Assembly: GCA_905234015.1 (NCBI GenBank)
Contig: CAJOFK010000001.1
Location: 2,887-66,886, forward strand
From: an uncultured Ruminococcus sp.
GTDB taxonomy: Bacteria > Bacillota > Clostridia > Oscillospirales > Acutalibacteraceae
Direction: 5' to 3'
DNA length: 64,000 nucleotides
The notes under the pieces are model-generated. The model did not search any database and had not been told where the DNA came from. It was given only the letters and a program-made list of their open reading frames with translations. Made by a program: the position numbers and the translations under genes. This document shows, piece after piece, positions 1-11,545 of this stretch. Within the stretch, counting starts at the first letter, position 1. The number at the start of each line of letters is the position of its first letter.

Positions 1-1
1 G

Positions 2-223
2 TTCGGTCACGGAGAGAAATCCGTTTTCCTTATCGAGCGTTTTATGAGGCTCAGGCTTGACGAGGCTATGGCTATCCGCTGGCATATGGGCGAATTCGGC
101 GATAAAAACAGCGGTACGATTTCTCAGGCGTATAATCTTTATCCGCTTGCGGTTAAGCTTCATTTAGCGGATTTGGAGTCTACATATTTAAGAGAAAAAG
201 GTACATCCGCGGTAAATAATTAA
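2..223 (+). CDS. HD-domain hydrolase, C-terminal part (runs off window start)
   Basis: Manual translation FGHGEKSVFLIERF...AIRWHMG...LHLADLESTYL to TAA at 221-223; motifs typical of HD-domain proteins. Confidence 0.75.
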   Translation, partial: FGHGEKSVFLIERFMRLRLDEAMAIRWHMGEFGDKNSGTISQAYNLYPLAVKLHLADLESTYLREKGTSAVNN

Positions 224-228
224 TATAA

Positions 229-2220
<1,992 letters not shown>

Positions 2221-2234
2221 TAATCTATAGTAAG

Positions 2235-2266
2235 AAACGGTTCAGGCATTGCCTGAGCCGTTTTTT
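2235..2266 (+). terminator. Intrinsic terminator after ligA
   Basis: aaacggttcaggc-att-gcctgagccgttt followed by a T run. Confidence 0.8.
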
Positions 2267-2352
2267 ACTTTATAAGAAACTGCGTTCCTTATAAAGTAAA
2301 AAACATTTTATATTTCCCGCTCAGTTGCGCCCTGCGTGCGCACGAGCGATGG
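2261..2352. repeat. Dispersed palindromic intergenic repeat, family 1, copy 1
   Basis: 92 nt, 87/92 identical to 60006-60097; contains a 16-bp perfect inverted repeat. Confidence 0.9.
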
Positions 2353-2481
2353 ATATACGGCACGCTTTCTTGGCAGGAAGCAGGAATTAGGATGACAATT
2401 GACTTAAGATCCGCCGTCGATGACGTTTTCCGATATTTTGAACGTTTTCAAAGGCGGAGTTGGCTGTCGGGGCTCGCGGGG

Positions 2482-2509
2482 GAATATTTTTTTATGCTTG
2501 TACATATAT
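2482..2509 (+). promoter_or_regulatory. Putative sigma-E promoter of the spoIIIA operon
   Basis: GAATATT-N14-CATATAT resembles the sigma-E consensus; spoIIIA is a known sigma-E operon. Confidence 0.6.
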
Positions 2510-2515
2510 CTTAGT

Positions 2516-3433
2516 ATGAATTACGAAAAGAATTTAAAAACAATAATCTCGTACCTGCCGTTTAAGCTGAGAAACGCGCTGCAAAGCGTTAAGCTTCCGG
2601 ACGATATAACGGAAATCCGAATGATTTCGGGACGCCCGGTTATTATCTGCACTGCAAGTAAGCGCCTGTATATAACCGACAGCTTCAAGCTTTCCGAAAA
2701 AGCGGAAGGCAAATTACTTGCCGTATCAAAAAATGATATAAACGATACGTTTAACAGTATCTGCAACTTTTCGGTGTACGCGCGTCGTGACGAAATAACT
2801 AACGGCTTTATCACCCTGCCGGGAGGAAACCGCGCCGGTATCTGCGGCACTGCCGTTAACCGCGACGGTTCTGTATATAATATCCGTGATATCAGCTCGG
2901 TCAACATCCGTATTGCGCGCGAGGTTAAAGGCTGCGGAGAAGGAATTGTTAAGCGCTTAAGCCCGTTCGAAAGCTTTTTGATCTGCGGAGCTCCGGGCAG
3001 CGGTAAAACCACGCTTCTAAGAGACGTCGCGAGATTGCTTTCGTATGACTACAGAGTATCGCTCATTGATACGAGGCTTGAGCTTGCCTGCGCGGTCGAC
3101 GGAGAAAATGAGCTTGACGCCGGTTTCTGCGACGTATTTTCAGGATACTTAAAACTCGACGGTTTCAGTCACGCCGTTAGGTGTATGTCGCCTGAGTACA
3201 TAGTTTGCGACGAGCTCTCGGCGGACGATATCAGCTCGGTTATAACAGCTCAGAAAAGCGGAGTTAAGGTGATAGCCTCAGCGCATTGCGTAGGCAGGGA
3301 CGAGCTTTTGAGCAATCCGCTTTTAAAACCGCTCGTAAAAAGCAGGGTGTTTTCCGCGTATGTTTTTCTCGACAGCGGAAAAACAGCGGGAAATGTGCGG
3401 GAGATTGTATACGGGAACGATTTATATGGTTAA
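2516..3433 (+). CDS. spoIIIAA: Stage III sporulation protein AA (ATPase)
   Basis: GFITLPGGNRAGICG, Walker A GAPGSGKTT, MSPEYIVCDE; first gene of the AA-AH cluster; start moved to ATG 2516. Confidence 0.93.
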   Translation: MNYEKNLKTIISYLPFKLRNALQSVKLPDDITEIRMISGRPVIICTASKRLYITDSFKLSEKAEGKLLAVSKNDINDTFNSICNFSVYARRDEITNGFITLPGGNRAGICGTAVNRDGSVYNIRDISSVNIRIAREVKGCGEGIVKRLSPFESFLICGAPGSGKTTLLRDVARLLSYDYRVSLIDTRLELACAVDGENELDAGFCDVFSGYLKLDGFSHAVRCMSPEYIVCDELSADDISSVITAQKSGVKVIASAHCVGRDELLSNPLLKPLVKSRVFSAYVFLDSGKTAGNVREIVYGNDLYG

Positions 3434-3911
3434 ATATATCGGGCTTTTGTTTATTGTTTCGGCATGCTTTTTAACCGGGATATATCTCAGCCTGCGCCTG
3501 AAATTCAGGTTCGAGTTTCTGTCGTCGTTTAAGGGCTTTATGTCTAATCTTGAAACGAATATAAGGTTTAGCAGCCGTGATATTTTTGAGCTGATAAAAG
3601 CTTCCGCTCCCGAAAATATCTCGGGAATTTTCGGCGATGAGCGCACGGAATTTTATACTTACTGGGAAAATACGATAAAGAATATCCCGTCCCGGTATGC
3701 ACTTAAAAAAGAGGATTTAAACCTTCTTGCACAGTTCGGACATATGCTCGGCACGACCGATATCGAGGGACAGCTTAACCACATAAGCCTGTATAAAGAA
3801 TTAATAGAAACAAATATTGAAAATTCTAAAAAGGAATTAAACGAAAAATCAAGGCTGTATAAGCTGCTCGGGTTATTCGCGGGAATAGCCGCAGCCCTTC
3901 TGCTTATATGA
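3426..3911 (+). CDS. spoIIIAB: Stage III sporulation protein AB
   Basis: N- and C-terminal TM helices, FGHMLGTTDIEGQ motif, operon position. Confidence 0.9.
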   Translation: MVKYIGLLFIVSACFLTGIYLSLRLKFRFEFLSSFKGFMSNLETNIRFSSRDIFELIKASAPENISGIFGDERTEFYTYWENTIKNIPSRYALKKEDLNLLAQFGHMLGTTDIEGQLNHISLYKELIETNIENSKKELNEKSRLYKLLGLFAGIAAALLLI

Positions 3912-3923
3912 AAGGAAATAAAA

Positions 3924-4118
3924 ATGGACGTAGATATGATTTTCAAGATAGCCGCGGTGGGTATAATAGTCGCGGTGCTAAACCAGCTGCTGGTACGCAG
4001 CGGGCGCGAGGAGCAGGCTATGATGACGACCTTAGCGGGGCTTATAGTAGTGCTCTCAATGCTGGTAACTCAGATTAGCGGACTCTTCGGCACGATTAAA
4101 CAGCTTTTCGGCTTATGA
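3924..4118 (+). CDS. spoIIIAC: Stage III sporulation protein AC
   Basis: MDVDMIFKIAAVGIIVAVLNQLL..SGREEQA signature, 64 aa. Confidence 0.96.
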   Translation: MDVDMIFKIAAVGIIVAVLNQLLVRSGREEQAMMTTLAGLIVVLSMLVTQISGLFGTIKQLFGL

Positions 4119-4510
4119 GTATATCGGCAGTTTGTTTTATCGCGCTTATGACCGCCGTGTTGTCGCTTACCGTTCGGCGGCACAATTCCGAAATCGCACT
4201 TGTTATTACGGTTGTCGGATGTATCGTTATTTTTATTTCCGTTTTACTTAATATTTCATCACTGTTTGAGTCGGCAAAAAGCATATTTCAGTCCGCGTCG
4301 GTCAACAGCAATTATATAGCGATTCTGCTTAAAGCGGTCGGGCTGTGCTTTATGTGCGAGTTTGCCGTTGACTGCTGTATCGACGCAGGCCAGCGAGCAC
4401 TTGCGAATAATGTTTCAATCGCGGGAAAAGCGCTTGTGCTTGTGACGGCGCTCCCGCTTTATAAGGACGTACTTGAGAGTGTGCTGTCGCTTACGGGAGG
4501 CGGAGTATGA
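4115..4510 (+). CDS. spoIIIAD: Stage III sporulation protein AD
   Basis: Hydrophobic, ILLKAVG...EFAVDCCIDAGQ...AGK motif, position. Confidence 0.92.
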   Translation: MSISAVCFIALMTAVLSLTVRRHNSEIALVITVVGCIVIFISVLLNISSLFESAKSIFQSASVNSNYIAILLKAVGLCFMCEFAVDCCIDAGQRALANNVSIAGKALVLVTALPLYKDVLESVLSLTGGGV

Positions 4511-5628
4511 GAGTTCTCTTTTCGGCTGTTATTATGATGCTTGTTATTATTGCTTCGGCCTTTTCGGTAAATGCGGGGACGTACGACGAGCTGTTAAAAG
4601 ATAACGGAGCCTCTGAAATAATAAATCAGCTGCCCGATAACGCGAAAAACTCCCTTAACGATATAGGGCTTAAAGATTTCAACTTTTCCGAGCTTAAAAA
4701 CCTTAAGCCGGAAAATATTCTTTCCTCAATTTTTGACAGCGTAAAAACCGAGGGCAAAGCTCCGCTTAAAACCCTTACGGCTTTGACGGCGGTGCTGTTG
4801 CTTTACTCAATTCTCTACGGTATGGGGAATACTCTTGACGGCACGCTTAAGCCCGTGATGTCCGTTGCGGTTACGATATGCTTATCCTGCGCGATTGTTG
4901 TTCCGATAACGGGCTTTATCACCTCGGCGGTTGATACGATTAAGATTTCGTCAAATTTTATGATATCGTATATTCCGCTTATGGCGCTTGTGATGAGCTT
5001 ATCGGGACAGCCCTTAAGCGGGGCGGGATATTACGGGATAATGCTTTTTGCCGGTCAGGCGGTCAGCAGAGCTTCCTCGGAAATAATCGCGCCGTTTATG
5101 AAGATTTTTTTAGCCGTCAGTGTAGCGTCCTCGGTTTCGCCTAATATAAATCTCGGGGGAATTGTCCGCTCGATTTCAAAAACAACTAAAATAACCCTCG
5201 CTTTTATTATGAGTATTTTTACGGGGATTTTAAGCTTTAAGCAGGTAATTTCGGCTGGAGCGGACAGCCTTTCCTCAAGAGCGGTGAGGTTCTCGCTGTC
5301 GAGCTTCGTGCCGATGGTAGGCTCGGCATTATCGGAAGCATACCGTACCGTTCAGGGTTCGGTAGGACTGCTTAAATCGGGCGTCGGCATAACGGCAATT
5401 CTCGCGGTTTGCGCCGTATATATGCCGGTGATAGTTCAATGCCTTTTCTGGATGCTGATACTCGGAGTTTCAAAAACGGTAAGCGAGGTATTGAATCTCA
5501 GGGAGCCCTGCGTATTGCTCGAATCGGTTTATACCGTGGTATCAACAATATTCGCGGTGATTCTCAGTCTTACTGCCGTGTTTATAATTTCCGCGGCGGT
5601 TGTGCTTATGGCAGGAGGCGCGGGATGA
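4507..5628 (+). CDS. spoIIIAE: Stage III sporulation protein AE
   Basis: Polytopic membrane protein with FVPMVGSALS...LLKSGVG motif. Confidence 0.92.
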   Translation: MRVLFSAVIMMLVIIASAFSVNAGTYDELLKDNGASEIINQLPDNAKNSLNDIGLKDFNFSELKNLKPENILSSIFDSVKTEGKAPLKTLTALTAVLLLYSILYGMGNTLDGTLKPVMSVAVTICLSCAIVVPITGFITSAVDTIKISSNFMISYIPLMALVMSLSGQPLSGAGYYGIMLFAGQAVSRASSEIIAPFMKIFLAVSVASSVSPNINLGGIVRSISKTTKITLAFIMSIFTGILSFKQVISAGADSLSSRAVRFSLSSFVPMVGSALSEAYRTVQGSVGLLKSGVGITAILAVCAVYMPVIVQCLFWMLILGVSKTVSEVLNLREPCVLLESVYTVVSTIFAVILSLTAVFIISAAVVLMAGGAG

Positions 5629-6098
5629 AGGGTATAGCGGATGTCGCCGCGGTTATCTGCGCTGCAGCAATTGCTTCGTCGCTCATTTCAATTTTAATTC
5701 CGCAGGGGAGTACAAAGAAGGTTTTAAGCGCCGTAATCGGTGTGTTTATTCTCTGCACGCTCATTGTTCCGATAAAAAACGCAGTATCGGGAATCAGCCT
5801 CGAGCTTGACGTTTTGAAGCTTACGGAAAGTATAACCGCCTCCGCTGATGAGGCATACGAGGACGCGGTAATTAAAGAAACGAAATCAAGGCTTGAAAGC
5901 TCGGTTGCAAGTTATCTTTTATCTGAGGGCTTTAAGGTTAAAACCGCTGAAATAAAGCTCGGTAAAGACGATATTTCGGGAATAAATATTAAGAGTCTGC
6001 GCATATATATTGATAAAAGCGAGATAATGAACAGCGTAAGAATTATAGACTTAATAAAAAGAAAATACGAGGTATATCCGGTAATAAAGGTGTCGTAA
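5625..6098 (+). CDS. spoIIIAF: Stage III sporulation protein AF
   Basis: Two N-terminal TM helices with LIP.GS.KK; ATG 5625 overlaps the AE stop (ATGA), GGAGG upstream. Confidence 0.85.
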   Translation: MKGIADVAAVICAAAIASSLISILIPQGSTKKVLSAVIGVFILCTLIVPIKNAVSGISLELDVLKLTESITASADEAYEDAVIKETKSRLESSVASYLLSEGFKVKTAEIKLGKDDISGINIKSLRIYIDKSEIMNSVRIIDLIKRKYEVYPVIKVS

Positions 6099-6099
6099 T

Positions 6100-6528
6100 A
6101 TGGGAAGGTTAAATTTTAAAAAGCTGATAAACGACGGCAGGATAAAAAAGCTGATAATAGTATCGGGAGCAGTCGGAATCGCACTTATATTTTTATCCTC
6201 GTTTATTGAGCTTCCGCAGGGAGATTCGTCCGTGGACGTCGAAGGGTATAAAGCTCAGATGCAAAGCTCAATCGCCGCTACTCTCGACAGCGTTGAGGGG
6301 GTAGGCGAGAACCGCGTCCTGCTTACTATCGAAAACTCCGTCGAGGGCGTATACTTAAACAACAGCTCAACTAAAACTAAGGAAATCGAACCGAAAATAA
6401 GGGGAGTTGTAGTTGTTTGCGAGGGCGGCGACGACCCCGTCGTAGTTGACCGCGTAAATGAAATAGTGACTAAGGCGCTGAATATCTCAGCCGCCAAGGT
6501 CTGTGTTACCAGACTAAAAGATGAATAG
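6100..6528 (+). CDS. spoIIIAG: Stage III sporulation protein AG (short form)
   Basis: TM helix, VEGVG..RVLLT, PKIRGVVVVCEGG motifs. Confidence 0.88.
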   Translation: MGRLNFKKLINDGRIKKLIIVSGAVGIALIFLSSFIELPQGDSSVDVEGYKAQMQSSIAATLDSVEGVGENRVLLTIENSVEGVYLNNSSTKTKEIEPKIRGVVVVCEGGDDPVVVDRVNEIVTKALNISAAKVCVTRLKDE

Positions 6529-6538
6529 AGGTAAAAGT

Positions 6539-7090
6539 ATGAAAAGATTTAAAAAACAGTTTTTAGCCGCGGCTTTAATTGTGGCACTGGGAGCGGCGGT
6601 GTATCTTAACTGGAGTATTTCAACTCCTAAAACCGCCTCAAAGACCTTGGGCGATAGTAAATTCGTAAACGCTACGGTAGCTACAACCGCGGTGAAGAAA
6701 ACCTCCGCTAAAGTAAAAAGCTCCGATAAACTGACTAAAAAGCAGAGGGAGTTTTTTGCCTCGGCAAAAACAACCCGTCAGAAGACGCAGGATAAGGTCG
6801 TCGATATAGCTTCGGAAGTGCTTTCGCTCGATACCGCGTCTGACAGCGAAAAGTCAAAGGCTCAGTCGAATGTCGCGGCGGTGATAAAGAATTTTACACT
6901 TCAGGATACTATCGAAAGCACCTTAAAGGCTAAGGGCTTTTCAAACTGTTTATGCTACATAACCGACAGCGGATGCACAGTTACCGTGCTGAAAAGCGAG
7001 CTTAAAAAGCTTAAGCCGATTGCGGTGAAATCCACCGTCCAGTCCGAGGCGGATATCGGCTTTAATAAGATTACAATTGTAACTATTTGA
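6539..7090 (+). CDS. spoIIIAH: Stage III sporulation protein AH
   Basis: TM ending AVYLNW, FFASAK..R, IESTLKAKGF; alternative start at 6521. Confidence 0.88.
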   Translation: MKRFKKQFLAAALIVALGAAVYLNWSISTPKTASKTLGDSKFVNATVATTAVKKTSAKVKSSDKLTKKQREFFASAKTTRQKTQDKVVDIASEVLSLDTASDSEKSKAQSNVAAVIKNFTLQDTIESTLKAKGFSNCLCYITDSGCTVTVLKSELKKLKPIAVKSTVQSEADIGFNKITIVTI

Positions 7091-7093
7091 CAG

Positions 7094-7120
7094 CGCAGGA
7101 GCGAAAGCTCCTGCGTTTTA
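7094..7120 (+). terminator. Intrinsic terminator after spoIIIAH
   Basis: cgcaggagc-gaaa-gctcctgcg-tttta. Confidence 0.85.
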
Positions 7121-7252
7121 TTACATCTTTGTAAAATCAATTGATTATTTACTAAATATGGTATACAATACTACCGTAGGTTACTATATTTACACGCCGG
7201 GCGTTTAAGTTTTAAGCGCTTCGAATGATAAGAAACGAAAGTTTGGTGAGTT

Positions 7253-7972
7253 ATGAATATTGCCGTGATATTAGCGGGCGGAGTCGGCTCCCGTGTAGGC
7301 GCCGATCGTCCCAAGCAGTTTATCGAGGTTTTAGGAAAACCCGTGCTCGCTTATACTGTAGAAAAGTTTAATAATCATCCCGAGATTGACGCTATCGAAA
7401 TCGTTTGCGTAAAGAGCCACCTTGAGTATTTACGCGAGATGGTAAACGAATACGGACTCGATAAGGTTAAGTGGATTACCGAGGGCGGAAGCACCTTCCA
7501 GGGCTCAGTTATGAACGGAGTTGAAAATCTTAAGCATAAGATTTCCGATGACGATATTGTGCTTGTACATTTCGGAGCTTCGCCGTTTGTTGAGGAGGAT
7601 ATTATTTCCGACGCGATTAAGGTATGTAAGGAAAAAGGCAACGCTATTTCGACAACGCCGTTTATCCTGCTCTCCGGTTACAAGGACGAGGACGGAAAGT
7701 CAACCCGCTATATCGACAGAGATACGATTGTGTGTATGAATTCTCCTCACGCTTTTCAGTATAAATTCATTTGCGATTTATATAAGGAAGGTATCGAGAC
7801 CGGCGCAATCGACAGGGTAGAGCCTCATACCACCACAATGATGTACGAGCTTAATAAGCCCATTTATTTTTCAAAGGGCAGCCAGACCAACATCAAAATT
7901 ACTACCAAGGAAGACCTTGACCTCTTTGAGGGCTATGTTTTGATGAAGAAAAAAAGAGAAGAAGAAAAGTAA
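7253..7972 (+). CDS. IspD/TarI-family cytidylyltransferase (probably CDP-polyol synthesis)
   Basis: ILAGGVGSR...PKQF, NIKITT.EDL; next to LicD genes, which favours a TarI-like role. Confidence 0.88.
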   Translation: MNIAVILAGGVGSRVGADRPKQFIEVLGKPVLAYTVEKFNNHPEIDAIEIVCVKSHLEYLREMVNEYGLDKVKWITEGGSTFQGSVMNGVENLKHKISDDDIVLVHFGASPFVEEDIISDAIKVCKEKGNAISTTPFILLSGYKDEDGKSTRYIDRDTIVCMNSPHAFQYKFICDLYKEGIETGAIDRVEPHTTTMMYELNKPIYFSKGSQTNIKITTKEDLDLFEGYVLMKKKREEEK

Positions 7973-7985
7973 GGGTAATAAGAAA

Positions 7986-9575
7986 ATGGATGCTACACAA
8001 AAATATTTAGTTGATTTACTGCTTGAAATCGACACAATCTGCAAAAAGTACGATATTCAGTATTTTATAGACTACGGTACAACTCTCGGCGCTATCCGCC
8101 ACGAGGGCTTTATCCCGTGGGATGATGATATTGATATCAATATGACCGAGGAAAACTACTATAAATGGGTTGAGGCTTGCAAGAAAGAGCTCGACCCGAA
8201 AAAGCGCGTATACTGCGATAACCGCCTCGACAGAGATTTCCCCGGAACATTCGGACGTTATATCGACGTTGAGAGTATCCGTATAAGCTCAAACTTCGCT
8301 TTCTGGAAGCCTATCTGCGGTCAGTGTATCGACGTTTTCTATTTTCTCGAGCTTCCCGGAGACCCTGTTAAAAAGCAGGAGAAAATCGATATGTACTTCG
8401 CTTATGACGAGTATGCTAACCACAGCTACCGCCATTTCCGCTATAAGACCGATAAGCAGATGGAGTATTATAACAGCTATAAGGAAATGGAAAAGCGTAT
8501 CGGCAGGGAAAAGACGCTCGAAAAAATCGAGTCTCAGCTTTTTAACCAGCACTACGACGACTGCGATACCTATATAAGCGTATCCGCAAGAAAATTCGGT
8601 CCTACCTCTATTTCTCCGAAGAGCTTCTACGACGACGTATATTACGCCGACTTTGAGGGCCATAAGTTCCCGATTTCCGCGCGCTACGCCGAGTCGCTTA
8701 CCTACTACTACGGTTACGACTGGAATATTTATCCCGCTCATAAAAAGCACCATTCAAAAATGTCTCACACAGGTATTTCCTGCGACGATTATGTATCCGA
8801 CTATATGCGTGTTATCGACGAGAAACAGCTTAAGGAGGAGCGTAAAAAGGCGAAGGATATTCAGGTTGAGGAGGGCTATCTTATCGGTAAGCACCTTGAC
8901 TTAATCCACGAAAAGCTCGGCAAGCTCCAGAAGCTCAAGATTGAGAAAAAGCTCAAGGAGCTCGGCGTGAATGTGCTCGATTTGTGCGACGCTTCATCAC
9001 CCGAAAAGCTCGCAACTCTCGACGGTATCTTCTCCGATTACTACAGCAAGCAGATGATGTCAAGCATCCGCTACTGGGAGAACTACCTCGATATCGGCGA
9101 CGATAACTTCTACGGCGCAATGTATAATATGCTTTATACGAGAAACGACCTTACCTCGGCTATTAAGCTCTATAAGGTAAGAAACGCAAACGACTTCCAC
9201 CCCGACGAGAAGTTCAACAGGCTCTACGGTCTTGTAGGCGCTGCCTGCGATATAAAGGCGGCGATGGTTTATAAGGACTACGAAAAGGCGTCGGCGCTTA
9301 TAGCCGAAGCGGTTAAGAATTATCCGTATTCCAAGGAAATCAAGCTTTTCAATATTGAAATCAAGGTTATCGAAAAAGATTTTGAAACCGCTGAAAAGCT
9401 CATAAACGAGTTTATGAAGGACGAGCCCGAAAACGACCGCTGTAAAAAGGCGCTCGGCGATATCGCGTTCTTTAAGGGCGATAAGGAAACTGCCGATAAA
9501 TACTATGACGACGTTATGAAGAATTCAAACGACGGACTTCTTCATCTTGATATTCGTAAGAAAAGAGGTGCTTAA
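7986..9575 (+). CDS. LicD-family phosphotransferase with C-terminal TPR-like helices
   Basis: GTTLGAIRHEGFIPWDDDIDI, IDVF, FEG..FPI...LT..YG motifs. Confidence 0.9.
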   Translation: MDATQKYLVDLLLEIDTICKKYDIQYFIDYGTTLGAIRHEGFIPWDDDIDINMTEENYYKWVEACKKELDPKKRVYCDNRLDRDFPGTFGRYIDVESIRISSNFAFWKPICGQCIDVFYFLELPGDPVKKQEKIDMYFAYDEYANHSYRHFRYKTDKQMEYYNSYKEMEKRIGREKTLEKIESQLFNQHYDDCDTYISVSARKFGPTSISPKSFYDDVYYADFEGHKFPISARYAESLTYYYGYDWNIYPAHKKHHSKMSHTGISCDDYVSDYMRVIDEKQLKEERKKAKDIQVEEGYLIGKHLDLIHEKLGKLQKLKIEKKLKELGVNVLDLCDASSPEKLATLDGIFSDYYSKQMMSSIRYWENYLDIGDDNFYGAMYNMLYTRNDLTSAIKLYKVRNANDFHPDEKFNRLYGLVGAACDIKAAMVYKDYEKASALIAEAVKNYPYSKEIKLFNIEIKVIEKDFETAEKLINEFMKDEPENDRCKKALGDIAFFKGDKETADKYYDDVMKNSNDGLLHLDIRKKRGA

Positions 9576-9576
9576 G

Positions 9577-10968
9577 TTGACTGACGTACAGGTTAAACTT
9601 CTCAATCTCGTTGATGAGATTGCCGATATCTGCGAAAAGAAAAATCTTCACTATGTCGTTGCGGGAATGACCGCCGGCTATGTAATTAACCATAAGAAAT
9701 TCGACGCCGAGCAGTGTTATTTCAACATCAATATGCCTCTTAAAGATATTGTTGTACTTGAAGAATATGTTAAGGAGAATTTAAGCGATAAGAGATTTAT
9801 CGAGTCCTGGAGAAATAACCAGGAGCTCTCTATGCTCAAATTCAGATATGTCGATAAAAACACTCTGCTGTTTGACGGCGGCTCTACCGAAAAGCATATC
9901 GCTAACGGTATCCACGTTAATATCTTCCCGACCCGTGAATTCGAGCCCTCTAACGAGGTTCGCGGCTGCGAGCGTTATCTCCAGCTCGAAAGCTACGGTC
10001 AGAGTTCCTACGCTCCGTGGGTTTCGGTGTTTAAGCTCGCTACGCGCGTTTCTCACGTCCGTATCTTCAAGAGATATATTATGGGACGTATAAAGCTTGA
10101 AAACGCGAATTATATCCACAAGGGTATGCTTAAGCGCCGTAATATGACGAAAAAAGAATTCGCCGATTTTATTATCGACGAAAACCTTAAGGCGAATAAG
10201 CCTTTTACCTCACCGCGTTTTGTTCCCGAGGAAAGGCAGAAGGAGGGCGAGAAGGTTACCGAGCCCTGCCTTGCGTATATGACTGACCGGGGAAGAGTTG
10301 TTAAGTTCCCGATAGACCTCTATTCAAATGTTAAAAAGTATGAGTTTGAGGGCAGACAGCTTAACGTATACTCCGAGTACGAAAAGTATTTTGAGTCGCT
10401 TTATCAGAACGGCTGGGAGAATAAGATTACCGAGGAGATTAACGGCACCGACCGCTCAACGGTTATCTATGATGCCGAAATAGGCTACGCTGAGTACGGT
10501 GAGTATATTAAGGACGATAAGGTAACGCTCTGGGATATTGCCGATAATAAAAAGGCGTATAACGCTTGGATGGGTAAGTACTATAACCCCGCCGTTAATA
10601 AAGCGTGGCACACCTTTATGAGAGCCCGACGCGGAGTTGAGCGAATCGACGTTTGGTACCGCCTGAGAGATAAGCGCGAGGCGCTCAGAGAGGCGTACGA
10701 CAGCGGCGATAACGCTAAGCTCAGAAAGCTTATGAAGGGTTATCTCTCAACCTCCGACCGCTATACCGCCGAGAAAATCGGCTTTTATATCGACGACGAG
10801 CTGTTTAAGTACGCAACGAGACTTTGGGAAGAGGAGGAACGCCCCGGCCGTATGCGTGACGAAAATCCGATTACCTACGCCGAGTATGTTTATTCTCTCG
10901 TTCCCGATTTATATAAAACCGAAACTCCCGATATCTACTTTGAGAACAGGGGAAAGACGTTTGATTGA
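9577..10968 (+). CDS. Divergent LicD-like protein lacking the catalytic Asp motif
   Basis: N-terminus aligns with the upstream LicD; TTG start at 9577 after GAGGTG; FEG...Y...W block retained. Confidence 0.65.
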   Translation: MTDVQVKLLNLVDEIADICEKKNLHYVVAGMTAGYVINHKKFDAEQCYFNINMPLKDIVVLEEYVKENLSDKRFIESWRNNQELSMLKFRYVDKNTLLFDGGSTEKHIANGIHVNIFPTREFEPSNEVRGCERYLQLESYGQSSYAPWVSVFKLATRVSHVRIFKRYIMGRIKLENANYIHKGMLKRRNMTKKEFADFIIDENLKANKPFTSPRFVPEERQKEGEKVTEPCLAYMTDRGRVVKFPIDLYSNVKKYEFEGRQLNVYSEYEKYFESLYQNGWENKITEEINGTDRSTVIYDAEIGYAEYGEYIKDDKVTLWDIADNKKAYNAWMGKYYNPAVNKAWHTFMRARRGVERIDVWYRLRDKREALREAYDSGDNAKLRKLMKGYLSTSDRYTAEKIGFYIDDELFKYATRLWEEEERPGRMRDENPITYAEYVYSLVPDLYKTETPDIYFENRGKTFD

Positions 10969-11079
10969 TAAAATAAGCGCAACGCTTTAGGATAAGGCAA
11001 TCCGTTATATTACGGATTGCTTTATTTTTATCTCTGTGATATAATTAAAATGAATTATTATATGTAAAGATGTGATGTT

Positions 11080-11481
11080 ATGGAAAATAAAATCTCACGC
11101 TTTAAGGCTCGTGAACAGGGCTTTATTCTCGTATTTGAAAAGATGTTTAACGAGGAAAGCCTCGAGGAGATTATCTTAAACGCCGAGGAAAGCCGCGAGG
11201 CGGTTTTTGACGATTACGCTAAGGAATTAGCCGAGGGCGTCTACCGTGAGCTCGATACTATCGACGCGCTTATTTCCGAGCACCTTAAAAAGGGCTGGAG
11301 CATAAACCGTATCTCAAAAACAAGTCTTTCTATTTTAAGGCTCGCCGTTTACGAGATGAAGTATGTTGAAAGCGTTCCTGACAGCGTAGCGATTAATGAG
11401 GCGGTCGAGCTTGCTAAGAAGTATACCGTAGACGAGAGTAAGTTTATAAACGGTGTGCTGGGCGCAATCTCAAGGGGATAG
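11080..11481 (+). CDS. nusB: Transcription antitermination factor NusB
   Basis: [33 protein letters not shown]. Confidence 0.96.
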   Translation: MENKISRFKAREQGFILVFEKMFNEESLEEIILNAEESREAVFDDYAKELAEGVYRELDTIDALISEHLKKGWSINRISKTSLSILRLAVYEMKYVESVPDSVAINEAVELAKKYTVDESKFINGVLGAISRG

Positions 11482-11545
11482 TGTGAAAATTCACACTATA
11501 AAGATTCATATTGTCCGTCCGGTTTGCCGCAAAGCGGCAACGGGT

